A DNA stretch of 63,686 nt, filler included, from Polymyxa betae A26-41 (lineage: Eukaryota > Protista > Endomyxa: Phytomyxea): assembly GCA_003693705.1 (NCBI GenBank). It is 10 parts of 10 records of this genome, joined end to end, with 100 filler letters (N's around TTAATTAATTAA, not from the genome) between each part and the next. Parts side by side here need not be neighbours in the genome. Positions count along the whole stretch, not along the records: positions 10,157 to 18,876 come from RBZT01000425.1; positions 18,977 to 21,222 come from RBZT01000043.1; positions 21,323 to 32,654 come from RBZT01000596.1; 7 more parts are not named here. The stretch is one strand, 5' to 3'. A program made the translations under genes and the position numbers. This document shows positions 12,031 through 22,932 of this stretch, piece after piece (position 1 is the first letter of the stretch; the number at the start of each line of letters is the position of its first letter). The notes beneath the pieces were generated by a model. It did no database searches, was not told the DNA's origin, and was given only the letters and a program-made list of their open reading frames with translations.

Positions 12031-13176
12031 CTGTTGAGACCGCCAAATCTGTCTGGAACAGTTTCGATCTGGCTTTTACTTAGAAGGAGAATCCCTGAGA
12101 CGAATTCTGCAGGCTGTTATGTATCGTCACCATCATCACCATTATGGATTTGATGTTTTCCCTGGAAAATCCGGTTTCAATTCGCCTCGGCTTATGGATA
12201 CGGCTTGTCGATTCGAATATGGGGCTCTGGCATGATGTTCGCCTTGTTGGAAATACGATTGCTCTAAACCCAGTGATGCGTGATTACGCCGGTTATTCTG
12301 TGAGTCTAATTTGCAGCTTTAATACCTTTGGCATGGATTGGATGGAATTTGGCCTTCTATGAAAACAGGGCAAAATTGTTGGTCCTTTCTGAGTCATTGT
12401 TTAAAGTCTGCTTTGTTTGCAGTCCGTTCGACGTCTCCCTGTTTCCGCTGTGCTTACAGAATGGCAGGAGGCGGAGGTAGTGCTCGCTATACAATCTGTT
12501 ATGTTATTCATGAGCGATGCCATCCTTGACATGGCTTTCAAATCGCACCGTGCGAAATGGTGCTGAGGGATTTCGCTGTGTTGGTCACTTGAAAACTCAC
12601 AAAGGAAGCGATGGCGTCGCCGGCTGTTGTTGGCCTGGCAGAGCGAGAGGCTCTTCTCGTTTTTCTGGCTGTTTGCCGCTTTGTCCTGCTGTGAGATCAT
12701 CGCTATCTACTGGACACTTGAGGGCTTTCTTTTGACTTTTGATCTCAGTGTCTGATTCTGGCTCTCGGGCTCCAGCCTTTACCCTGATGGGAGCCTACTT
12801 GAACCACCATCTGAGGTCATAATCCAGCCCAGACTTTCTACTGTCTGATCTTCCATCGAACAAGAGGCGCCGCTCCCAGCTCTGTCATTCGATTTCTGAT
12901 TCGCCAATCTTCAGTGCGAAAAGAAACAGCCGCTGGGCCAGGCCTTGATCAGCGTCATTGGAATTCGTGAGAGACAGGGCGTTGATAGAGGCTACGACTC
13001 GGTTCAGTGTAGGGAGATCTTCGAGTCCATAATACAGCACACAAAGGCCGCTCTGCAAATGAAACCTTTTTATCGAAAAATTCTGCCGCAGTTTTTCGCA
13101 TTGTCTCTCGGCTCTTCTGAACTTCTGCGTGAAGTCCGAACCTGGACCTGACCCGATCCTCACAGCTTGTGAGAAC

Positions 13177-14520
13177 ATGAGAGCGGCCCTACTGACAGCG
13201 CTGATCGTGGTGGCGACGGCCTTGGACGTCGCGCACGCCGGATGCCTCCGCGAATGCGGCCCTGTCCCGAAGCGTTCCCGCCTCTCTTCGAACGAGATCT
13301 TGATAGAGCCCGCTCCTAACGAGATCCTGGAAGCTGTCGTCCGCCATGCGCGGCCGGACCTGATCCTCGCCGGAACTCTCGCTCAGGTCGACAAAGCCCA
13401 TTTCGGATGAATCCAAGACATCCTCCGCCTGCGCCAGATCGTTGTCCAGATTCCTACTTCCCGAGACAAGTACGTTGGCGATATCAAATGGCTGATCAAT
13501 GTATGCGGAGATCAACCTCGTATGATGGCCGTCCTCAACGATCTCCTGACAGAAGAGATGGCGCCTCTGTTCATGTATCGGCTCATGTTGATTGTTGAAA
13601 AAGAGCCTGAACTGATCGTGAACTTATTCGGCGTGATCGCTCTGATCAAATCAGTGTCAGAATTGACGCCAGGCTGGGTCATCATCGTCTACAACGAAGT
13701 TCTCAGTCACCATGATGCGGACCATCCTTTGAGTCTGATGTGCTTCCAGCGGCTGCAGATGACGCCGGTCCAGTACGTCTACCATTCCGTCGACGACATT
13801 CCGGAGGACATTCTCAAAACTGTTCGGGATTTTCATGATGAACAGGATCAACAGGACGACCCTCTTCCGATTCAAAAGCGGCTTCCTCAACCTTTCGCAG
13901 CGATTAAGTCGCTGTCCTTCGAGGGTCTCGGCGATTTCATCTCCGAGGAGTATGGACATCATATCCAGTCGCGGCCCATGCTGGCCCGCAAACTGTTCTC
14001 CCTCGGGATGCCCATTGATCTGTCCGATATGAAGATCGTCGAGTTCACGGCCTCCGACCTAAATGCCCTCCTGCCCTTCGCCTTCTACGTTGATGTCGCG
14101 TTAGCGGAACAAATTGACGAGTTGATCGAATCAGGGCGATCTGGTCTCGCCGCTGTCATAGTGCGGTCGGAGGCGTTCTTCTCTCCGACTTTTTGCGAGG
14201 TCGAAGAACAGTGGTGCTGTCTCCATACGATCGTCCGCTCCATGATCAAGGCCGAGGGCCAGCACGATCTGCTGGGCCTGCTGCTGGAAACGCCGCTGCC
14301 CGACGGCTGGGTGGCCGAGGTCGAGTCGCTGCTTGGCGACTCGATTCTGCACCTGACCGTACTGGCTCGCAATGCGGGGGCCCTGCGCGTCCTGCTGTCG
14401 TTCCCGGACTTGATTCAGACCGATCAGGTCGATAATCACGGCCGGATTGCTCGATCGTTTGCTGAGGCGGGTTCTGAGATTGATAGACTGTTTGATGAAG
14501 TTCATGGCTTGAATTTGTGA
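13177..14520 (+). pseudogene. Secreted F-box-like/ankyrin-repeat protein (effector candidate) with one in-frame TGA
   Basis: Signal peptide MRAALLTALIVVATALDVAHA, F-box-like APNEILEAVVRH..TLAQVDK, and C-terminal ankyrin GDSILHLTVLARNAGALRVLL..VDNHGR. The only stop in 447 codons is TGA at 13408-13410. Confidence 0.7.
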
Positions 14521-16092
14521 GGCTCTCTATCTAATACAGATTTCTTTTCTACGGAAAATATCTAGCGGCTGAGTTTTGCAGGTTGTGCGTTATTCAGTTA
14601 AAAATATTGTGACTTTTTTTGGATTTTTTTTCAAAAGAACATCAAATCGCTCGTCCGCATTGACTGTTTGTCGGCGTCGCCAATAAGGCTGCTGTCTGTA
14701 TCGGCATCGACTAAACAGGATTCAGTTTGCAGGTTGTCTGTTATGCATAATTCAAATATTGTGAAGATTTGAATATTTTAAATGAAGAACATTAAATTGT
14801 TCGATGTAAAACGACTTTTTATAAATTCATTACAACCATCCAAACCAGGACCTGGAGCTATCTCGTCGTCTGTTTGGGCCAAATCATGATTTACCTGAGA
14901 TATCGGCTGCTGTAAAAGGTTCTTCTGGATCGCGGCGTTGGAATGCAGTAAACGCAGCTGAAGCAGGAGAGAGAAGAGCCGACGATTCTGGTCATGAAAT
15001 CTGACAAGCTCTCTTCAGAAGCCACGACATTTCCCGAACAAATTCCGTATTCACGGTCTAAATTTTGCGTCGCGGGGCCTCTGCTCGCCAACAGGGCTGG
15101 CGAACCTGTGAGAGGAAACCGACAGCTTTGCAACAAATTTTAGGGTGCATTTTGTTCAATAGCTAGCCAGCAGCCACCATGTTGAAAAATCTGTAAACAC
15201 CTGCTCAACATTTCGTAGCCGAGAAGGATTGAGCACGACACGTTACACAGAGCAGCACACTGATATTGGATAGTCATAAAATGGCACAGATTTTACGAAA
15301 AGTCTCAGAATCCCGTCTTTTCAAAATCGAAAGTTTAACACTCGTAACAGGATTGATTTTCGCTGTTATGTTGGGCCTCTCGGCATCTTCGACGATCGTA
15401 GCCCACTTGCCTATCGCTCTTGAATTCGGGCCCGGATTCCACCACCAGGCTAAACTGGCACCCTTTCATTTTTTCCTCTTGTGAGCAGCTCTAGGGGCGA
15501 GCAGCACGAGGCGAAAGCTTACCTTGTTACACAAAAGTAGTCAATGCCATCGGAATACATCGCTCAGGTGTCTGTCGATCATGCGACACTCTGTAAACTT
15601 CTCAGACTAGATAATAAAAACTTGGAAAAAAAATGCAGGAGAGATGGAATAAGTTTGCGAAAAATCTGTGACCTGCTATGAACATCACGGTGAAATACTG
15701 CCAGCTCTGAAAACAAGGAAGTAGGAGCTCCTGATGATTAGCAGGGTGATAAGCTGACGTACCTCAGGCCTTGTGCTATCGATACAGCACCGCCCGTTGA
15801 TACCAAACAATCTTGGTACAGTAGTCGATTCCAATATAAATTCATCCCTAAAAGTGCGCATCTCTGTGCTATATAAACAAAAATGTGCGAACTCTACGCG
15901 AAGTGTGCAATATTATGTAATTTTGCAAAACAAGCGCTTATATTCTGTGTAATATCGAATCATCTAGAGTATGATTATAAATTGTAGGTCAACTCGTAGG
16001 TCACTGAGTGCACCGGTAATTTTTTTGGTGAAATAATTGAAATCAACAAAAAAGTGCGCGCAATTTCCCGATGGTTGTCTCGTACAGATATA

Positions 16093-16323
16093 CTACCTCT
16101 GTTCGGAAATAAGAGTCCCGCGCATAAATTTTCATAGTTCAGAAAATTGCGAGCCTTGATGCCATTCTTTTTGTTTTATGCTTAGAAAGCACAGTTTAGT
16201 GTAGATTTTGAGAGAGATTGCTCCAGGCAAATTTTTTGAAAAATCAAAAAATGGATCCAAGACACGAATTTTTCCTAACAGTAAAAATTTATGCGTGGGA
16301 CTCTTATTTCCGAACAGAGGTAG
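16093..16323. mobile_element. Stowaway/Tc1-mariner-type MITE (231 bp)
   Basis: 40-bp TIRs CTACCTCTGTTCGGAAATAAGAGTCCC.. (39/40 identical) and a TA TSD on both sides. Confidence 0.92.
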
Positions 16324-16400
16324 TATTTCGGTGATCAATCGATGTTCGGATTAATTGCATAGTAGCCGGTCAGGGGCCGCGCCAATTCTTCGGCGTCCGT

Positions 16401-17741
16401 ATGACCCACACGTCGTCGTCTATGGCCGATACCGTCCAGCCGCCGCCGCCGCCCGTCACGGACGCCGAATGGCATCCCGACGAGTGCGTGTATCTCGAGG
16501 AGCTTGTTGGGCGGCAGGGGGCGTCGGACTGGGCAGCGCTGGCTGAACTGATGTCTGCCCGCTTCTCGTCGCGGTCGTACACGCCCGCCTCTGTCGCCAA
16601 GCAATGGGCGATTATGTACTCGCCCCGGGCTGCGGTAATGCCGCTATCGGCGTCCGCGGCGGAGCCTGGACGAGCTTTGGCCATGGCTTCGCCCTATCAG
16701 CAGGCTGCGAAACGTCTCCAACTGCCGCTGAAGTCGAAATCGCCCAAGAAACGTTTGTTTACGATACGTAACGTGCCGCCGACGATGGTGTCGGACCCAT
16801 TGGATCATCATTCACGGGCTCAGCGGGCTTCGGCCGGCTCACAATCGTCATCGAGCTCATCGGGAAGCGTCCCCTGCTCGAACGACGCTCCCGCCATTAC
16901 GTTACCAGCAGACGCGCCTCCAACGTTACAGCATACAGCACCACCGGACCCTCAAGCAGCCGCTGCAGCTGGACTTGACCAGTTATCCTTCCCCCCTGTA
17001 CAACAGCGCATTTTTGAGCCATCACAACCGCCACATCGTGTCGGGGGCCAGCATCACCCGCAACCCCGTCGACAACAACAGCGCCGTCATTCCATTGAAT
17101 GGTACACGGATGAGATCGAGTCTCTGCAACAGTTAGTGTCCAAGTTCGGGCGGAACTGGATTCCAGTGGCGCGCGGCCTCCAACAGCAGTACCGCACCCG
17201 AGGCCGCGTCTTTCAGGCCGGCGACTGCGAGTGGCAGTGGCGCCGCGTTCGTCGCGGCCACGCCCGTCCTCTGTCCCCCTTGGAGACCGTACTGGTCCGG
17301 TACGAAGACGTCCTGGCCTCCGTCATTGTCTATAAGATGGACTGGGACGAGATCGGCGCCTATTGGAGGCATCGTTTCGGATCGCAATTCAATGTAATCC
17401 AGCTCCGGAGCCAGTACGAACAGGCCGTACAGAGTCTGTACAATGCTTGCGTGAAGGTGGAGGATGGAGACTTGCCTGGATCGAATCCGACTCCGGAGAC
17501 TGTGATGCCCGTCACGGAGCCCGTCGATGATAATGTCGATCTCGTAATCATGGATCAGGCTGCTCCTATAATTCAGGAATTAGAAGTTGACGAGCGTCAA
17601 CTCGACGCTGTTGCCGAACAGATGCCTTCTGCGGAGGCCTTGACGGACCTCGTTCCTGATTTGAGTGATGATGAGATCGTTAGAAGGCTGATTGCTGCTA
17701 ATTACCGTGCTGTAACCAACTGTATGCCCAATACTTCTTAA
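16401..17741 (+). CDS. Myb/SANT-repeat protein (putative transcription factor)
   Basis: Two clear Myb repeats (EWHPDECVYLEELV..DWAALA..KQW; EWYTDEIESLQQLVSKFGRNW..CEWQW) and a possible third. Intact 446-aa ORF. Confidence 0.85.
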   Translation: MTHTSSSMADTVQPPPPPVTDAEWHPDECVYLEELVGRQGASDWAALAELMSARFSSRSYTPASVAKQWAIMYSPRAAVMPLSASAAEPGRALAMASPYQQAAKRLQLPLKSKSPKKRLFTIRNVPPTMVSDPLDHHSRAQRASAGSQSSSSSSGSVPCSNDAPAITLPADAPPTLQHTAPPDPQAAAAAGLDQLSFPPVQQRIFEPSQPPHRVGGQHHPQPRRQQQRRHSIEWYTDEIESLQQLVSKFGRNWIPVARGLQQQYRTRGRVFQAGDCEWQWRRVRRGHARPLSPLETVLVRYEDVLASVIVYKMDWDEIGAYWRHRFGSQFNVIQLRSQYEQAVQSLYNACVKVEDGDLPGSNPTPETVMPVTEPVDDNVDLVIMDQAAPIIQELEVDERQLDAVAEQMPSAEALTDLVPDLSDDEIVRRLIAANYRAVTNCMPNTS

Positions 17742-18703
17742 TTCCATCGCCACTAAAACCTTCTGATTGACAGATTCGATACCAGATGACGACAACGACC
17801 TCGCATACTGCTCTGACTGAAGCCTTTGTTGACATACTGTCCGCCCTTTATGAACAACTGTGCTGATTGGGGCATAATGAGTTGATGATCTACTCTGCTC
17901 CGTATAGATTTGGGATTCGTGTGATATTTGACCCGCTGAATGTGAACTTAACAATCGGGCTGCTGTACCCAATTCCCTAATCTGTAATACCTGCCTATTT
18001 ATTTATCAATCTGATATTCTAATTTAAATTAATCTTAATATACGACCAGCAGTCGACAATACTGTCTTTCTGAGACCTTCTACATGATTCCATCATTCCC
18101 CAAACTTGAATCCAATGTCCATTATACTCAGGATATGAGGTAGTCGAAGTTATACTTCGCCTGATATGTTTGATAGATCAACGCTGATTCCGACAAATCA
18201 ATTGGCTTGATTTTTGATTCTGTAGAACAGAAGGAGCACTTGAACGACCTTTAAAGAAATTTTTTCAGGTTTGGCCTTGGATTAACAATACATTCTTGAA
18301 ATCTTCAGGATCAGGCTGTAATCATTCCCGGAAAATTTGAGCGTGATAAAACGATTGATTCGTCATAGAAAATATAGCAACAGATCATCCCTTTTTCGGA
18401 GATATTTTCCAACGACTGCAGTCTGTCACACCATCTGCGCTTTGAGCTGGTCACGAACTTGAATATGCCCGTCTTGATGTTGGGTTTCGGTGGGAAACGA
18501 TCCATTGCTGACGCACCTCGTTGGTCCATCCTCAACCGTTGAGATGACAATAACAAAGACATCATGATCCTTGACGAGGATAATTCGGTCTTTCCAATAC
18601 TCTGATATGGAAAAAAATGGCACCCATAAAAAGAATATGGTATCCAGGACACCGTTTGTGATTTAACCTCATCCATCTGCGTCTCCAGAGAAAAAAAGAA
18701 GAA

Positions 18704-18776
18704 TGCTCCGCGCCGGGCTCGAACCGACGACCTTTGGCTTATTAGACCAATGCTCTACCAACTGAGCTAGCAGAGC
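18704..18776 (-). tRNA. tRNA-Ile(AAU)
   Basis: Full cloverleaf: acceptor GCTCTGC/GCGGAGC-A, anticodon loop CT-AAT-AA, GGTTCGAGCCC T-arm, downstream oligo-T terminator. Confidence 0.95.
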
Positions 18777-18976
18777 CAGCGCTGTTGATGTTAGCATATG
18801 AGCGCTGTTAGATCAATCTCGAGATATCAATAGCGTTGACTCACGCTATTTCAACCGGAAGCATTGTCTTCCGCTTNNNNNNNNNNNNNNNNNNNNNNNN
18901 NNNNNNNNNNNNNNNNNNNNTTAATTAATTAANNNNNNNNNNNNNNNNNNNNNNNNNNNNNNNNNNNNNNNNNNNN

Positions 18977-20081
18977 GTCGCGTATTCCAATGTTGGCGTC
19001 AAGTCTTGACAGTCCCCAACATAAACAGGCATCCTTTTGAGATAATCTTCCATTTCGTTCAGGAAAGTCTTGCGATACTCCACGACATCAGCGCGTTCAT
19101 GCCCGTCCCAATACATTCCTTTCTTCGACGAGTCACTGACTTGATAATCAATATGTGTAACCATCGCGTTGCTGTTCTTTCAGAAACTTTAACAGACGAA
19201 GGAAGACCAAGTTCTTCATGAAAATGCTCATTGATCCTGTTGCAGAAACTCCTTCCTGATATTGCATTATTTCTTTGCGAACGAAGCCACGTTCGGCAGA
19301 CTTGTAGAGCATTTTCGTCAGAAATGAGAGATTTCTTCTTGATGTGACAGCCTTGATTAATGTCTGGTAATCAGTGCTCCTTTAGAAAAAAGTCGGCCCA
19401 AAGGCGGATATTCCGCCCTCTTCGCTCTTGATTCATTTCTGGATAAATCGCTTTCGCGATGTCTTCAGAAGCCTCGACCGCTGGCAACGTTTTTTCGATT
19501 GTTTTGAAAAACCGATAAACGCAAATCGACCGCATGAAATCGCTCTTTCTTGTTTCTTTCAAAGGCTTTTCGAAGTTTCGATTGGGGGCATCAATATGAA
19601 AAGAATCTTCCAGAATAAAGAGCGGTCTAGAAATTCTGTTATCCGCTTGATCGATCTCAGACTCAGCAACCTTCTCATGCTCACTGCATGATGTTCCAGC
19701 GTTGCGATTAATATTCCACAAATCAAACAGAGTCTTGTTTCCAGTTATCGGCTTTCCTCTCGTCTCCATCTCCCGTTTTCGCCTCGATACGGTCCAGCGA
19801 CTGACTCCAATATGTGGTTTCCTTATTTTCGATTCTGCTTCGGGAACCCATTTAAGCAATAAACGCTCAGCTTCATCAGCCTCCAAAATAGCTTGGTCGT
19901 CATCTTCAGCTGGCCAGAATGGCATCTCATCATCCGAAGTTTCCGAATCATCGGGTTCCCTAAAGCCCCTTCCAGATTCGCCTCCGCTCTCAGCCACATC
20001 ACCTTCTGATAAAGATGCCATTCGCCTCCGCTTGGCATTCATCCTGCGCAGAAGGGCAAGCAGCTTTGACTTCCGGGGCAT
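18977..20081 (-). pseudogene. IS630/Tc1-mariner-related transposase remnant (DGHER family), N-terminal part
   Basis: KKGMYWDGHERADVVEYRKTFL motif, with an upstream HTH-like RGRNIRLWADFF region. Frameshifted and cut by the contig end. Confidence 0.65.
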
Positions 20082-20377
20082 TGCGATGTTTTAATGCTCT
20101 GTCGAGTTTTAAAGAACAATTTGCGCGCGAGTCGGATTTTTCTGACTGCGCAGTTTTGATTTTTACAGTCACGCACTTTATTTCCATACGCATTTCTCAA
20201 ATGTGCGCCTCTGGGTGCGTTTAGGATGCATCCCTTGAAATATAAATCGCAAATATTCTGTCAATAATTTTTATTTTCCAAAAACGAGGCACGATGAGAT
20301 CTGTCGATTAACGGCCTTTGTTCCACTTAATAAGGTTTTCTGGTGAAGGCTTAGCATATCTCCGGCTCTCCATAGTA

Positions 20378-20772
20378 CCGTACCGGAAGTCTGAATCCTC
20401 ATGAACTGCCAAATTGATTTCTAAAATGCGTACGCATTTTTCCGAAAGACCATCAATTTAAAGGAAGCGTGACTGCGCAAATTGCTTTTTATAATCAAAT
20501 TCGAAAAGTGCGCGTGGATATTCAAAACTGCGTGTGAGTTTTCTCTACAATCCCCCATACAGCTGCCAAAAATATGCCAGCTCATACAATTTTTTTCACT
20601 AAAACTCAGCAAATAGTCAATATTTTTGAAAAATAATTCAATAGTCTTGTTCAGGACGATGAGATCTATCGATTTATAGAGAGTTTGGTGGCTGATGGGT
20701 CTTGGGCCCGGAGCCTTAGGGATATATGCGATTTTGTAAGGGCGCAGATGAGGATTAAGACTTCCGGTACGG
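20378..20772. mobile_element. Tc1/pogo-type MITE (395 bp)
   Basis: 25-bp TIRs CCGTACCGGAAGTCT(G/T)AATCCTCAT with TA on both flanks. Confidence 0.88.
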
Positions 20773-20919
20773 TAACCGTATGACAGTCTAGATGTCCGCG
20801 ACTGTACGCAGCTTGGTATCCCAAGTGTCCACTGTTGGTCCCAGAGTGCGCTCTAACGCATAGCCTAATTCTAGGATCCTCTGCCTCTAAAGGAATCTGA
20901 GCTTTTCAATTTTTCCTTA

Positions 20920-21222
20920 TTAAAAAATAATCAGAACCATTGTGAGCTCGTGATCCAATGTACTTTCACTGTACATCCGAATTCCGTCTTCTGACGGAAA
21001 GTTGTAACCCTTTCTTTGCAAAGGCCTAACTCTGTATTCTGCTGGAATATTACTCAGAGTTTTTGTTGCACTGACTCTTAGTGCTCGGACTGCAATAGTT
21101 TTTATCTCAGGAGCGGCACCCCAACGTGTCATTAAATCTGACCATACATTATCTTCACCTCTGATATGAATAATCTCATAGTTGAACTTCTGTATCTGCA
21201 GACCCCAACGCTGTAATTTCTG
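20920..21222 (-). pseudogene. Gypsy pol fragment (RNase H C-terminus)
   Basis: QKLQRWGLQIQKFNYEIIHIRGEDNVWSDLMTRW. Confidence 0.8.
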
Positions 21223-21470
21223 NNNNNNNNNNNNNNNNNNNNNNNNNNNNNNNNNNNNNNNNNNNNTTAATTAATTAANNNNNNNNNNNNNNNNNNNNNN
21301 NNNNNNNNNNNNNNNNNNNNNNCTTAACGTTTCAGTATCAACCCACTCAAGTGCTGACATGTCTTTGTTCGGGCAACATTTCTACAAAGTTATAATTTTT
21401 TGATGTTGCATCAAGTTTTTCTGTTTGCCTGGATCGCTATTGAACATAACAGTCTTGCAAGTCGGAAAAA

Positions 21471-21542
21471 AATGATTACGGGGACTCGAACCCCGGTCTT
21501 CAATGTGAAAGACTGATATACTAACCCCTGTACTATATCGGA
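21471..21542 (-). pseudogene. tRNA-Glu(UUC) pseudogene
   Basis: TCCGATATAGT 5' end, anticodon loop CT-TTC-AC and an intact T-arm, but the 3' acceptor strand TAATCAT cannot pair (TATCGGA expected). Confidence 0.8.
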
Positions 21543-21631
21543 CTTTTTTCTGAAATAATGTTCTCTCCGACATTACTATACGATACTGTGAGCATCTCAC
21601 ATTTATGAACACGTATGTTCTATATTATATT

Positions 21632-21687
21632 CGGACAATACCAATATGTTTTATCTGGCGGACAATACCAATATGTTTTATCTGGCG
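21632..21687. repeat. 27-bp perfect tandem duplication
   Basis: CGGACAATACCAATATGTTTTATCTGG x2. Confidence 0.9.
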
Positions 21688-22858
21688 CAGCATTTCTGCA
21701 AATTTTGAGTCCGTGGTATGTTGCCAAAGATACCCAGTCTCCCCCCTGTGCCGGTCAGCAGGAACGTAATGAAATCCGGTGATGAAGTGTCCGTCCGGAC
21801 TCCAGCAGAACTTCAACCGTGCAGCTGGCTCGGGTGTCGCCGATTATAAACTGCAGCCGATGCGAAACAGTTTTTCGGCGCAATTGGAATATGCGAATGA
21901 AGGGCCCCAGGGCGAAAAGAATGCGTCCGGATCGGATGAGTGATGGTCGCGGAAGCAGCGAACAGCTCAGAGCGCAGCACGGCGGACTTCATACAGACGT
22001 CGATCAAGCTCGGCGTTTTTCCCAAATCGGTTGGGAAAGGCTTCAGTCATTCGTAGCTTCTCCCTGTGTTGTATTGTTTGAACATGATCAGATTGTTGGC
22101 AGATTAAACGCCAATCTGGGATTCTGTGAAAAATAATGCTAAAATGGTATCAGAAATTATGGTGCCCTGCAGTTTTTGACTGGTAAGAATGGCGTCAAAA
22201 CTCCAATCTGGATTATCGCGGCCAAACACTAGCGATCAATGTCGTCTGAATAGCATCAGTATTGTTAGTATCAGTTGCCAGGGCCATGATATACAGACCT
22301 ATGTCCGGAGGGCAAAAAATGGCAAGTCAAATCTGGAGGTCGCGCAGCATAGGGCTGCGATTCGTCGTTCACTGTGACAATTTTGCACTGTCCCGAAATT
22401 GGAGGACGCCCCCCTTTAAACTCGGGGCTGCGCCTCTACTAACCCAAAGGCTGCGCAAAACCAGTCATTGACTATTAATAACTGAAGATCTATCGGGACT
22501 GTATCTCGGGGCCTTTCTCTTGGCATTCAGCCTCATAGATTTCACGCACTGGTTCCTGAGGGCAACGGCTCACATATCAGCACTTCACTTTGATAGTATC
22601 GTGTATAACGCTTGATTCCGAGCTCTACAGCAGCTGGGAAACTGTTCGGTTGGAAGTGCTCGTTCTTATCAGCCGACTGTGAAATCGGATTTTAGAGAAT
22701 AATGGATAGAGAATCCCTAATCCAAACCTGTGAAAAATCAAACGTGATTTGATCATCGTGATCTCAACCGAGCGGATCAGATATTCTGACTGTTTCGACG
22801 CTCCTTCATACGGAAGTCAGAAACAATACATCCAGAAAGTAAGTATCGTAAAAAAGTA

Positions 22859-22932
22859 TGGAGAATGGGGTAGTCGAAACCCCAACCTCGTCGTTGCTAA
22901 CGACGCGTGATGACCAACGACACCAATTCCCC
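22859..22932 (-). tRNA. tRNA-Ala(AGC)
   Basis: Acceptor GGGGAAT/ATTCTCC-A with G3:U70, anticodon stem CGTCG/CGACG with loop TT-AGC-AA, oligo-T downstream. Confidence 0.88.

Noticed and set aside
22145-22154. TGGTATCAGA resembling an iMet primer-binding site
   Set aside because: Only 10 nt match, no LTR-ending CA before it and no gag after it.
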